The translations under genes and the position numbers were made by a program. This document shows, in pieces, positions 19,085 to 29,725 of a DNA stretch of 60,817 nt. Location: assembly GCA_023418375.1 (NCBI GenBank), contig JAEZZV010000131.1, positions 1 through 60,817 of the forward strand, written 5' to 3'. This stretch comes from Actinomycetes bacterium. GTDB lineage: Bacteria > Actinomycetota > Actinomycetes > Actinomycetales > Cellulomonadaceae. How positions within the stretch are numbered: the stretch's first letter is position 1; each line of letters begins with the position of its first letter. The notes below the pieces were generated by a model. The model was given only the letters and a program-made list of their open reading frames with translations, did not search any database and was not told where the DNA came from.

Positions 19085-21397
19085 TCAGCGGTCCAGCGAC
19101 GGAAGCCCGAGGTCACGCACCTGCAGGTCTCGGAGGACGACGGGCCCCCCGGTGACCACGGTGATCGCCGTCGTCGTCCCCGGTGCCGCATCGAGCACCA
19201 CATCGAGCACACCGCCGACGCTGGGAAGGTCGATCACCTGCCCTCCGACCGACAGCTGGACCGGGACAGCCTGCTGCTCCTCCGCCGCCACGGTGTGCAC
19301 GGCCCCCGCAGTGCGGGCGGTGAGCCGCACGCGGACCGCGGCGGGCCGGTCGTTGACGAGCACGACGCTCGAGGCCGTCTCGCTCAGGGCGACCGCGGGG
19401 GCGCCGTCGGGCGTGTTCACGGAGGACGCCTCCGCGCCCGCATAGGCGGTCACCGGAGCGAGGATCGAGTCGCGCCACGCCGTCAGGGCGTCGGGTGGGT
19501 TGGCCGCCGCCAGGTCCGACGCGCGCCCCGCGAGCCCGTAGAGCAGGTACCGGCCGTCGTCCGACGCGGCGAGCGGGGACCCGACGGCCGCCGTCAACGC
19601 GCCCTCGAGCTCCGCCGCGGCCTGCGGCCCGTAGGCGACCCGGTCGACCATCACGCCGGAGAAACCGACGAGGGCCAGGGCGTCCGCCATCTCGTCCGCC
19701 GGCAGGGTCGCGACGGCGAACGGCCAGTCGGTGGTCGGGCGGCCCTTGATCCCACCGGCCGACCACCGGAGCGTGGCCGAGTGCAGATAGGGCACCAGGT
19801 AGTCGGTGTCGTAGACGCCGTTCACGGGCGGGGTCTCCGGGAAGCCCGCGTGCGGGAGCTGGAAGACCGCCGCCTCCGCCGGCAGTGCCTCCTCGACGGT
19901 CGTGATCCACCGCTCGTCAGCCGCGTACCGGGCGGCCAGGCCGTCGTGGTCGGGTGCTGCTCCCGGCGTCACCTGGTCGAACGTACCGACGAGCAGGACG
20001 GTGCCGGCGAGGATCCAGGCGACTGCGGTCCGGCGTCGCGGGGGCATCGACCGGCGCACTGCCGATCGGGCCACCCACGCGTCGATGATCAGGCCGACCA
20101 CCGCCAGGCACAGGAGCGCGATGACGATGGACATCCGGTTCCAGCCGCGCAGGCTCGCCGTGACGAACGAGACGAACGTCGCCAGCCCGCCCACCGTCGA
20201 GGACAGGAACGCCACGAGGATCAGCAGGCTCAGGCCCGACAGCGTCTGGGTCCGCGCCGCCTGCTCATCGGGCACCGAACCCGCCGGGACGCGCCCCGTG
20301 CGCACCGCCAGCCCGTAGCCGATGAGCACGAAGGCTGCGACGAGGCCGGCGGCGGCGACGACGCCGAGCACCGGCTGCTCGGACATCAGCGGGTAGGTGG
20401 CGTCGTACTTCGCCCGGATCTCGGCCAGCGGCCCGACGCGGTGACCGGGGACGGGCAGGAGGAGCTGGCTGAGCTTGAGCGCGTAGACCTCGACCTCGGC
20501 GCGTCCGCGCACGAAGCCCGCCGCGCTGTCGCCGTTCGCCCGCGCGTAGAGGACGTCGGGGGCCATGTTCGCCAGCACGGTGAGCACGACGACCGAGCCC
20601 GCGACCACCACTCCGAGCAAGCGACGGTGGTGCTGCGTGCGGAGCCACGCGGCGATGCCGGCCACCGCGAGCAGGACGAGGGAGAAGACCGCGTAGTAGC
20701 TCGAGGCCGTGGCGACGAGGGCCAGGCAGAGCACGGTCGAGGCCCCGCGCCCGGTGAACGCGCGGAGGGCGCGCGGTCCTGCGCCCATGCCCCAGAGGGG
20801 CTCGCCACGGATCGCCCGGAGCACCACGACCAGGGCCAGCGGCACCGTGAAGTACGAGGCGAGCCAGAGGTGGCTCACACCGCGCAGGAAGTGGTACGGC
20901 GCGATGGCGAAGAGCGTCGCCAGGGCGACCGCTGCTGCGCGCGTGACCCGGACCTCACGCAGGAACCACGTCGCTGCCAGCGCCGCCAGCGGGAACCCCA
21001 GCACGTAGTAGAGGTTCATCGCCGTGGCCCAGTCGGACGTGAACAGGCCGAGGAGCCGGGCGAAGACGAAGTTGAGGTTGTCCGCCGTCGGGAAGTCGTG
21101 GTACGTCTGCCCCGCCGGGAAGCCGAGCAGCGGTTGGCTCTCGTACCAGCCCGTCTCCAGCACCGTCTTGACGTGCGCCCCGACGGCCACCGCGTCACCC
21201 GAGTACCCGAACGGGACCCGCAGGTCGGCCTCCCACAGCCGCAGGGCGTAGACGGTCGCCGCGAGCGACGCCACCGCACTGGCCAGGTAGGTCATCGGCT
21301 CACGCATCGGCCCACGGAGTGCGGCGAGCATCGTCCCGGCCGGGCGGGAGCTGGGCGTGCGCTCGCGGCCCTGCCGCGCGGCGACCGGGGCGGTCAC
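19085..21397 (-). CDS. Large polytopic membrane protein, putative GT-C-fold glycan-modifying transferase
   Basis: About 13 TM segments, N-terminal loop (GD...GWY...HDFP), PYHF.R..HL, C-terminal soluble domain; GTGA overlap with the upstream gene. Confidence 0.7.
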   Translation of the reverse strand: MTAPVAARQGRERTPSSRPAGTMLAALRGPMREPMTYLASAVASLAATVYALRLWEADLRVPFGYSGDAVAVGAHVKTVLETGWYESQPLLGFPAGQTYHDFPTADNLNFVFARLLGLFTSDWATAMNLYYVLGFPLAALAATWFLREVRVTRAAAVALATLFAIAPYHFLRGVSHLWLASYFTVPLALVVVLRAIRGEPLWGMGAGPRALRAFTGRGASTVLCLALVATASSYYAVFSLVLLAVAGIAAWLRTQHHRRLLGVVVAGSVVVLTVLANMAPDVLYARANGDSAAGFVRGRAEVEVYALKLSQLLLPVPGHRVGPLAEIRAKYDATYPLMSEQPVLGVVAAAGLVAAFVLIGYGLAVRTGRVPAGSVPDEQAARTQTLSGLSLLILVAFLSSTVGGLATFVSFVTASLRGWNRMSIVIALLCLAVVGLIIDAWVARSAVRRSMPPRRRTAVAWILAGTVLLVGTFDQVTPGAAPDHDGLAARYAADERWITTVEEALPAEAAVFQLPHAGFPETPPVNGVYDTDYLVPYLHSATLRWSAGGIKGRPTTDWPFAVATLPADEMADALALVGFSGVMVDRVAYGPQAAAELEGALTAAVGSPLAASDDGRYLLYGLAGRASDLAAANPPDALTAWRDSILAPVTAYAGAEASSVNTPDGAPAVALSETASSVVLVNDRPAAVRVRLTARTAGAVHTVAAEEQQAVPVQLSVGGQVIDLPSVGGVLDVVLDAAPGTTTAITVVTGGPVVLRDLQVRDLGLPSLDR

Positions 21398-22398
21398 GCC
21401 AGTGGCGCCGCGTCGGCGCGCAGGAGCTCGACGTCGTGGTCGACCATCGCGGCGACGATCGCGTCGAAGTCCACGGTGGGCTGCCAGCCCAGCAGCCGAC
21501 GGGCCTTGGCCGCGTTGCCCACCTGGAGCGACACGTCGGCGGGCCGGACGAAGGCAGGGTCGGTCCGGACGTACCGGCGCCAGTCGACGATGCCGACCCG
21601 CGCGAAGGCTGCTGCGACGAACTCCTCCACGGAGTGAGCTGTCCCCGACGCGATGACGTAGTCGTCCCCGACGTCGCGTCGGACCGCTGCCAGGGCCGCG
21701 GCCACGTAGTCGGGCGCCCAACCCCAGTCCCGGCGGACGTCGAGCGATCCGAGGGTGAGCGTGTCGTCGAGCCCGGCGGCGATCCTCGCCACGCCCTGGG
21801 TGATCTTGCGGGTCACGAACACCGGCGGCCGTCGCGGCGACTCGTGGTTGTACAGGATCACCGTGGACGCGTGCAGCCCACGTGCCCGGTACACGCCGAC
21901 CATGTGATGCGCGTAGGCCTTCGCGGCACCGTACGGGCTCCGCGGACGGACGGGCGTCGACTCGTCCTGCGGCACCTGCTCGGCGTCACCGAAGATCTCG
22001 GCACTCGATGCCTGCAGGAACCGGACGGGGCGGCCCGTGCTCTCCCCCAGCTCCCACGCGGCGTGCAGCAGCGTCGCCACGGACAACCCGCTCACCAGAC
22101 CGGTGACGAGGGGCTGCTCCCAGGACGCCGCTACGGACGAGATCGCCGCGAAGTTGTAGATCTGGTCGGGCGCCACGGACGACACGACGCGGCGCAGCTC
22201 CGCGTCGTCCGCCAGGTCGGCCTCGTGCAGCACCACGCCCGGCACGGCAGCCACGAGCTCGGCCAGGCCCGGCTCCGGCGGCTCCCCGTCCACGGGGGGC
22301 CGGATCAGGGCATGGATCTCGACGCCGTCGGACGCGAGAGACTCACACAGGTAGGAGCCGTCCTGACCGGTCGCACCGGTCACCAGGGCGGTCGTCAC
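21394..22398 (-). CDS. GDP-mannose 4,6-dehydratase paralog (possibly a GDP-4-keto-6-deoxymannose reductase)
   Basis: TGATGQDGSYL, ASSAEIFG, SPYGAAK, NHESPRR, FVTRKI, RDWGWAPDYV. Confidence 0.85.
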   Translation of the reverse strand: MTTALVTGATGQDGSYLCESLASDGVEIHALIRPPVDGEPPEPGLAELVAAVPGVVLHEADLADDAELRRVVSSVAPDQIYNFAAISSVAASWEQPLVTGLVSGLSVATLLHAAWELGESTGRPVRFLQASSAEIFGDAEQVPQDESTPVRPRSPYGAAKAYAHHMVGVYRARGLHASTVILYNHESPRRPPVFVTRKITQGVARIAAGLDDTLTLGSLDVRRDWGWAPDYVAAALAAVRRDVGDDYVIASGTAHSVEEFVAAAFARVGIVDWRRYVRTDPAFVRPADVSLQVGNAAKARRLLGWQPTVDFDAIVAAMVDHDVELLRADAAPLA

Positions 22399-22401
22399 GA
22401 G

Positions 22402-23388
<987 letters not shown>

Positions 23389-23488
23389 CGGACCCTAACT
23401 CGTGCGTGTGCAGTGGCTTGGCAGTGTCCGACTGTACCGGCTCGCCCCTCGAACCCGAGGGAGGACGGGTCCGTCCTAGACTTCCCGG

Positions 23489-24106
23489 GTGCCCCAGCCC
23501 GTGCCGTCCTCGCCCACCCCTGCCCCCGTGGGCGTCTCGGACCTCGTGAACGGGGCTCTGCGCGCAGCCGGCGTCACCGACCCGGTCGCTGTGGTCGTGT
23601 CCGGGGTTGACGGCGACGCGCTCGATCCCGGTCCGTCGATCCACCTCGCCGTCGCCGAGGGGCAGGGCGACGACGCCCTCGCGTCGGCGGTGGCGGCCGG
23701 CGCTCGACCGTGGGTCTGCGCGTTCCCGATGGATGACGGCGGCGCCGGCCCCGTCCTGGCCGCACTGCTGGCCGCCGGATACGTGCCTGCCTACCACGAC
23801 GGTGCACTGGTGTACCTCGTCGCCGGGGAACGCCGTGCCGCCCTGCTGCCGCTGGTCGATCCCCGGCGGGACACGGCGACCCAGGCACGGCTCAAGGAGC
23901 TCGAGCACGCGCTGGCGACCTGGCGGGAACGCGCGCTGTCCGCCTGGGCCGTGACAGCGGCTGACCTGCCGACGACCGGGCGGTCCCGGGACACGGTGGC
24001 CCGTGAGCTCCATGCCATGAAGCACAGCCTGTCGTGGCGGGTGACGGTGCCGCTGCGCGTCGCGCGCCCGCTCCTGGGCCGGGTCGTCCGGGCAGTGCGC
24101 CGGTGA
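23489..24106 (+). CDS. Hypothetical protein: degenerate FkbM-like C-terminal region plus coiled coil and SLSWRVT.PLR tail
   Basis: RPWV...LLAAGY..AYHDG..VYLV resembles the distal half of FkbM methyltransferases; no clear SAM-binding motif. Confidence 0.6.
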   Translation: MPQPVPSSPTPAPVGVSDLVNGALRAAGVTDPVAVVVSGVDGDALDPGPSIHLAVAEGQGDDALASAVAAGARPWVCAFPMDDGGAGPVLAALLAAGYVPAYHDGALVYLVAGERRAALLPLVDPRRDTATQARLKELEHALATWRERALSAWAVTAADLPTTGRSRDTVARELHAMKHSLSWRVTVPLRVARPLLGRVVRAVRR

Positions 24107-25614
24107 CGGCACACCACCGCCCCGACGCCGTCCATGCCGCGCTCGGTCAGCGTCTCCGGGCCGCCGCAGACGCGCTCCTCGGCCCCGATCACGGGGCGAC
24201 CGATGGCCCGGACCTGGGCGCGACCGCGGTCGCCCTCGTCCACGCCGCCGTGGCGGACGCGACGGCCGCCGCCACCTGGCTCCTTCTGTCGGCCCTGTCG
24301 GGCACGATGCCGGACGACGGTGCGGTCCGCGCCGCCCGACGTCGCCTACGTGCGGACCCGGAGCTGGCCGCCGCGCAGCTGCTCGATGACGCGCTCTCCG
24401 CGCTGGTCTGGTCCGATCCCCTCGTCGAGATCGAGGTGGTCCAGAGGGGCGTGCTGGTCGATGTCGACTACACCGCGCGGCACGACCTCAACACCGGCAT
24501 CCAACGGGTGGTCCGGCACGCGGTGCCCCGATGGGCCCGGGACCACGACGTCACGCTCGTCGCCTGGTCGACGAGTGACGCCTACCGCCGACTGGACGCC
24601 GTCGAGGCGGCCCGGGTGCTGTCCTGGGCGGGTCCCGTCGGGCAGCCGCCCCGAGCCGTTCGCAGCCGCCGCGTCGTCGTCCCATGGCGCAGCACGCTCG
24701 TGCTGCCCGAGGTCCCCGCGGCGCGGGCGTGCCGACCGCTCGCCGCGGTCGCGGAGCACTCGGGCAACGAGGTGGTCCTCGTCGGCTACGACTGCATCCC
24801 CGTCGTGAGCGCGGACCTGATGCCGCTCGAGGAACCGGAGCGATTCGTGCAGTACCTCACGGTGGTCAAGCACGCGACGCGGGTGTGCGCCATCAGCGAG
24901 GGCGCCGCCGAGGAGTTCCGTGGCTTCGCCGACACGCTCCCGTCGCAGGGGCTGACCGGGCCGACCGTCTCGTCGTCTCGGCTCCCCGTGGACGCTCCGG
25001 CGGCCGTGCCTGCAGAACCCGCGGACGCGGCGGGGGCCGCCGAGGACGCGTCCGTCCCGCTCGTGCTGTCCGTCGGCAGCCACGAGCCCCGCAAGAACCA
25101 CCTCTCGGTGCTGCACGCGGCCGAGGTGCTGTGGCGTGAGGGTCTCGCCTTCCGCCTACGGTTCGTCGGCGGCTCCAGCTGGTCCTCGCGCCCGTTCGAC
25201 GAGGAGGTCGCGCGGCTGCACCGACGGGGCCGTGACGTCGCGACGGGACGCGGCGTGGGCGACGACGACCTGTGGGCCGCCTATCGCGCGGCGCGCTTCT
25301 CGGTGTTCACGTCGGTCCACGAGGGCTACGGGCTGCCCGTGGCCGAGTCGCTCGCGGCCGGCACCCCGGTGATCACGAGCGACCTGCCACCCACGCGGGA
25401 GGCCGCGGACGGCGGCGGCGCCCTCCTCGTCGACCCGTACGACGACGACGCGCTCGTCGCGGCCATGCGCTCACTCCTCACGGACGACGAGGCGTACGCC
25501 GCTCTCGCCCGTGAGGCGTCGTCCCGTCCGCTGCGCACGTGGGACGAGTACGCCGCCGAGTCGTGGGCGCAGCTCGTCGGCCCGGACGCCTCGACCCCGG
25601 TGGTGTCGCGGTGA
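24103..25614 (+). CDS. Glycosyltransferase family 4 (WbdA-like subgroup)
   Basis: TGIQRVVR, YDCIP, VGSHEPRKNH, EGYGLPVAESL. Confidence 0.88.
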   Translation: MTAHHRPDAVHAALGQRLRAAADALLGPDHGATDGPDLGATAVALVHAAVADATAAATWLLLSALSGTMPDDGAVRAARRRLRADPELAAAQLLDDALSALVWSDPLVEIEVVQRGVLVDVDYTARHDLNTGIQRVVRHAVPRWARDHDVTLVAWSTSDAYRRLDAVEAARVLSWAGPVGQPPRAVRSRRVVVPWRSTLVLPEVPAARACRPLAAVAEHSGNEVVLVGYDCIPVVSADLMPLEEPERFVQYLTVVKHATRVCAISEGAAEEFRGFADTLPSQGLTGPTVSSSRLPVDAPAAVPAEPADAAGAAEDASVPLVLSVGSHEPRKNHLSVLHAAEVLWREGLAFRLRFVGGSSWSSRPFDEEVARLHRRGRDVATGRGVGDDDLWAAYRAARFSVFTSVHEGYGLPVAESLAAGTPVITSDLPPTREAADGGGALLVDPYDDDALVAAMRSLLTDDEAYAALAREASSRPLRTWDEYAAESWAQLVGPDASTPVVSR

Positions 25615-27128
25615 CCCGCCCCCGCACCGATGAGGCGACCGAGCTGGCCCGCTGGCTCCGGTCGGGATCGGCTCGCGCCAGGATGTCTCGCGAGCGGCTG
25701 GCGACGCTCGTGGCCGCGGTGGGGCCCGGGCACGTCGTGGAGGACGAGGCCGACCTCGTGGCGGCCGCGGCGCGCGCTCTCGAGAGCCGCGACCGCTCGG
25801 TCGCGTGGCTCACGCTCGCCGTGCTCCGCGCACAGCTGCCGACGGACGACGACGTGGTCCGCACCGCTCGCACCGTGGCGCTCGACGGCGCGCTGCCCAC
25901 CCTGACCTCCCTCCTCCGCCCCCCGCGGCTTCCGTTCGACCGGGCGGCGCGACGCACGGTCGAGGTCGTCAGCGACCGCGTGCTGGTCGACCTCGACCAC
26001 ACGTCCCACACCGGCCTCGCCACCGGGATCCAGCGGGTCGCCCGGCAGACGGTGTCCCGCTGGGCTCGCACGCACGACGTCACGCTGGTCGGCTGGACCG
26101 ACGACGGGCGCGCGCTCCGACGGCTGACGGCGACCGAGACTCAGGTGGCGCTCCACGGTGCCGAGCGCGACCTCGACCGGCCGGCGTCCCGCGCTCCGGT
26201 CCTGGTCCCGTGGCGCTGCACCTACGTGCTCCCCGAGCTTGCGGTGGAGCCGCCCCGCACCGCGCGCACGTTGGCGCTGGCGCGCTGGTCCCGGTCCCGC
26301 ACGGGGGTCATCGGATTCGACTGCGTGCCGCTGACCACGGCCGAGACCGTCGGGCACGGCATGGGGGCGGCGTTCGCCGGGAACTTGGCGGCCGTGCGCC
26401 ACATGGACCGGGTGGCAGCCATCTCGCGCGCTGCGGCAACCGAGTACGAGGGCTGGCGCCGGATGCTGGCCGCCTCCGGGTGGCCGGGCCCGGAAATCGT
26501 GCCGGTCCTCCTGCCCGTCGAGGCCCGGACACCTGACCCGCACGTGCTCGAGGAGGCACGCACCCGGCTCGGGGTGACCGACGCCAGCCCACTCGTCCTC
26601 TGCGTGGGCAGCCACGAACCGCGCAAGAACCATCTCGCGGTGCTCGCAGCGGCCGAGCTCGCCTGGGCGGAGGGCGTCGACTTCTCGCTCGTCTTCGTCG
26701 GGGGGAACGCCTGGCGGTCGGAGGAGTTCGCGGACGAGGTCGCGCGCCTGCGGGCCGCGGGACGGCCGGTGCGGACCGTCGCAGCCATCTCGGACGACCT
26801 GCTCTGGTCGGCCTACGCGCTCGCGCGCACCGTCGTGTTCCCCTCGCTCAACGAGGGGTTCGGCCTTCCCGTGGCGGAGGCGATCGCCGCGGGCGTGCCC
26901 GTGGTGACCTCGAACTTCGGGAGCATGCGGGAGATCGCGGCCGCGGGCGGCGCGCTGCTCGTGGATCCGCGTGACGACCGCGCCCTCGCGAGAGCGGTGA
27001 GCGCTCTCCTGCGGGACGACGCCCTGCACGCCCGGCTCTCCGAGGAGGCACGCAGCTCTCCCCGCCGCTCGTGGGACGAGTACGCCGACGAGCTCTGGGA
27101 CGTCCTCGTCGCTCAGCCCGACGCCTGA
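25611..27128 (+). CDS. Glycosyltransferase family 4, paralog of the upstream gene
   Basis: TGIQRVAR, FDCVP, VGSHEPRKNH, EGFGLPVAEA, SWDEYA. Confidence 0.88.
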   Translation: MTRPRTDEATELARWLRSGSARARMSRERLATLVAAVGPGHVVEDEADLVAAAARALESRDRSVAWLTLAVLRAQLPTDDDVVRTARTVALDGALPTLTSLLRPPRLPFDRAARRTVEVVSDRVLVDLDHTSHTGLATGIQRVARQTVSRWARTHDVTLVGWTDDGRALRRLTATETQVALHGAERDLDRPASRAPVLVPWRCTYVLPELAVEPPRTARTLALARWSRSRTGVIGFDCVPLTTAETVGHGMGAAFAGNLAAVRHMDRVAAISRAAATEYEGWRRMLAASGWPGPEIVPVLLPVEARTPDPHVLEEARTRLGVTDASPLVLCVGSHEPRKNHLAVLAAAELAWAEGVDFSLVFVGGNAWRSEEFADEVARLRAAGRPVRTVAAISDDLLWSAYALARTVVFPSLNEGFGLPVAEAIAAGVPVVTSNFGSMREIAAAGGALLVDPRDDRALARAVSALLRDDALHARLSEEARSSPRRSWDEYADELWDVLVAQPDA

Positions 27129-28117
27129 GTCCCGTCCGGGTGCGTGCCTCGCGCCAGGCCGCCCGCCATGATCCGCGCCGCGAGGTCGTGCGACGTCGCG
27201 TGGATCCCGACGGGCAGCGGCGTGAGTGGCCGGCGGTCCAGCTCCGGCCACACGGTCGAACGGAACCGCAGGTCGCGGGCCTGGACGGCCGCCTGAGGGG
27301 ATGCGGACAGCCGCACCACCGGCTTCCGCCTCGAGAGCCGCCGCAGCTCACCGAGCACGGCCGCGATGGAGGCTGACCGCTGGGCGGCGAGGATCTTCGT
27401 CACGACGCCGGCGGGAGGGCACACGGCGTCCAGCTGCGAGAGCCCGTCGAGCACCAGGCCCGCGGCGTCGTCGACGAACAGGTAGTCCCGCACCGTGTCG
27501 AGCGAGACGTAGAGCCCGACGGGCTGGCCCGTGAGCTGGGCTCGGCAGAGCTGGGAGATCAGCCCCTGGGCCTTGGCGAGGTCCTGGCCGGGCCCGTACA
27601 GGTTGGACAGCCGCCCGACCATCACCCGTGCTCCACCGGCCGTCGCCAGGCGCGTCACCTGCTCCTCCATCTGCAGCTTGCCACGGCCGTAGGCGGAGAG
27701 CGGGACGGGGGTGGTGGACTCGTCGAAGGGTGCGCCCGAGGACCCGGCGTAGAGGGCGCCGGCCGATGAAGCGAAGAAGACCCGACCTGCCTGCAGGGAC
27801 GGTCCCGAGTGCTCGAGCATGTGGTCGACGCACCGACGGAGCGTGGTGACCTCGTCCGCGATCTGGGTCGCCGACGACGCGGTCACGCCGGCCCCGGCGC
27901 ACCACGCGATGTGCCAGCGCCCACCGCCGGCCACGGTGAGGAGCCCGTCCACCGCCTGGGCGAGCTCCTCGGACGCCGCGGCGACGTCGTGCCACGGCAC
28001 GGCGGCCGTCCGGACCTGGCCGCCCCGGGCGCGGACGGCGCGGACGACGGCGGACCCGAGCAGGCCACCGGCACCCACGACCAGGGTCGGCTCGCCTCGG
28101 GCGGCCGAGGACGTCAT
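27113..28117 (-). CDS. NAD-dependent epimerase/dehydratase (extended SDR)
   Basis: VVGAGGLLG, ASSAGALY, YGRGK, RLSNLYGPGQ, RDYLFVDD. Confidence 0.85.
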   Translation of the reverse strand: MTSSAARGEPTLVVGAGGLLGSAVVRAVRARGGQVRTAAVPWHDVAAASEELAQAVDGLLTVAGGGRWHIAWCAGAGVTASSATQIADEVTTLRRCVDHMLEHSGPSLQAGRVFFASSAGALYAGSSGAPFDESTTPVPLSAYGRGKLQMEEQVTRLATAGGARVMVGRLSNLYGPGQDLAKAQGLISQLCRAQLTGQPVGLYVSLDTVRDYLFVDDAAGLVLDGLSQLDAVCPPAGVVTKILAAQRSASIAAVLGELRRLSRRKPVVRLSASPQAAVQARDLRFRSTVWPELDRRPLTPLPVGIHATSHDLAARIMAGGLARGTHPDGTQASG

Positions 28118-29118
28118 CGTCTCCGGGCCCGCCCGAGCGGCCCCCAGGCCGGGTCCCCGACGATGAGGTACGCCGGCTTGCCGAGCGCCATGTTCACCGC
28201 CACACCGACGTACTCGGCGACGATGCCGAGCGAGAACAGGACGGCCCCGTTGGTCAGCAGCACGATGATGACCGTCGAGGCCCACCCCTCCGGCGTGGAA
28301 CCGCCCGTCAACCGCGAGATCCCGATGAAGACGGCGAGCATGAGGCCGAGGACGCCGAACGCGACGCCCACCAGGCTCACGGCGCGGAGGCCGCGCGTGC
28401 CGCTCGTGAGGACCATGCGCCAGAAGTGCGAGACGAGGGTACGCAGCCGGTACCCCGACGGGCGGTCCTCCTCCCGCAGGCGTACCGGGCACGTCGCGAC
28501 CGATCCGGCGACCCAGCCGAGCGCGACGTCGAGGTACACACCCGCTCCCGCGTACGCGGCGACGCTACGGCCCAGCTCCCCGACGACGAGCCGGTAGCTC
28601 TGGTAGCTCCGGGTCTGGGTGCCCCCGGTCAGGACGTCCGTGAGTCGCTTGGCCGCGCGCGACGCGGCATTGCGCCAGAACCCGTGCGGCGGCTCGTTGG
28701 TCGGTGACGCGTAGACCACCGTCGCCTGCTCGCGCAGGGCCGTGTCGAGCAGGTCCACGATGGCCGCCGGATCGTGCTGCCCGTCCTCGTCCATCGTGAC
28801 GATCCAGTCGCCGCCCGAGGACGCCATCCCGGCGAGCGTCGCCGGATGCTGCCCGAAGTTGCGGCTGAGCCAGACGACCCGCACGAAAGGGTGCTCCTCG
28901 GCGAGCCGGCGGATCGTCTCGGCGGACCGGTCCGGGCCGTGGTCGTAGACGAGCACGACCTCGGCGACCTGCCCGACATGGCCGTCCGGCGTCGTGAACT
29001 CGGCCAGCCCTGCGATCTCCGCGACCAGCGGCGGCAGCGTACGTTCGCCCTGGTAGACCGGGATCACCACGGAGATGCGGTGCGGGGCCTCGTCAGGCCG
29101 CCCGGCCGGTGTCTGCAC
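28114..29118 (-). CDS. GT2 polyprenyl-phosphate glycosyltransferase (GtrB/ArnC-like)
   Basis: LSRNFGQH.A..AG, MDEDGQHDP, two C-terminal TM helices, GIVAEYVG. Confidence 0.9.
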   Translation of the reverse strand: MQTPAGRPDEAPHRISVVIPVYQGERTLPPLVAEIAGLAEFTTPDGHVGQVAEVVLVYDHGPDRSAETIRRLAEEHPFVRVVWLSRNFGQHPATLAGMASSGGDWIVTMDEDGQHDPAAIVDLLDTALREQATVVYASPTNEPPHGFWRNAASRAAKRLTDVLTGGTQTRSYQSYRLVVGELGRSVAAYAGAGVYLDVALGWVAGSVATCPVRLREEDRPSGYRLRTLVSHFWRMVLTSGTRGLRAVSLVGVAFGVLGLMLAVFIGISRLTGGSTPEGWASTVIIVLLTNGAVLFSLGIVAEYVGVAVNMALGKPAYLIVGDPAWGPLGRARRR

Positions 29119-29122
29119 GCGA

Positions 29123-29134
29123 CGACTATAGTCG
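29123..29134. promoter_or_regulatory. Palindromic bidirectional -10 element (CGACTATAGTCG)
   Basis: TATAGT on both strands between the divergent gtrB-like and gtrA-like genes; 6 nt before the minus-strand GTG. Confidence 0.55.
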
Positions 29135-29182
29135 GGCAGTCCGCGTCAGCCGTGGGCACCGCCCGAGTCCAGTGAGTTGCGT

Positions 29183-29725
29183 GTGACGAACCAGCCCCTG
29201 CCGCCGACCAGCGCCGACACCCCTCGGCCCCCCGCGGGGATGTCGGGCAGCCTCGGGCCGCTCTTCCGCCTCGTCCGCGACCAGCGCGTCGCGTTCCTCA
29301 TCGTCGGCGCCATCAACACGGTGGTCGGCACCGGCTGGTTCGTCCTCTTCGAGCTGACGATCGGCCACCGCACCCACTACATGGTCAGCCTCGCGTGCGC
29401 GCACGTGGCCGCCGTCCTGTGCGCTTTCGTCCTCTACCGCAGGTTCGTGTTCCGCGTGCGCGGGCACGTCTGGCTGGACCTTGCGCGGTTCGAGGTCGTG
29501 AACCTCACGTCGCTGGGCATCAACGCCGTCCTGCTGCCGCTCACCGTCGAGGCGTTCGGCCTCCCCGCGATCCCCGCCCAGCTCCTCGTGACCGGGGTGA
29601 CGATGGTCATCAGCTACGTGGGGCACCGGTGGTTCTCGTTCCGCCGGCCGCGGCCCGCGGCCATCCCGGGCGTGGGGGTCGCCGCGGGCGTCGACGCTCC
29701 CGGACCGCGTGAGGAGTCCCGATGA
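29183..29725 (+). CDS. GtrA-family lipid-linked sugar translocase
   Basis: FLIVGAINT, YRRFVFR, RF, SYVGHRWFSF; four TM segments. Start uncertain. Confidence 0.88.
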   Translation: MTNQPLPPTSADTPRPPAGMSGSLGPLFRLVRDQRVAFLIVGAINTVVGTGWFVLFELTIGHRTHYMVSLACAHVAAVLCAFVLYRRFVFRVRGHVWLDLARFEVVNLTSLGINAVLLPLTVEAFGLPAIPAQLLVTGVTMVISYVGHRWFSFRRPRPAAIPGVGVAAGVDAPGPREESR

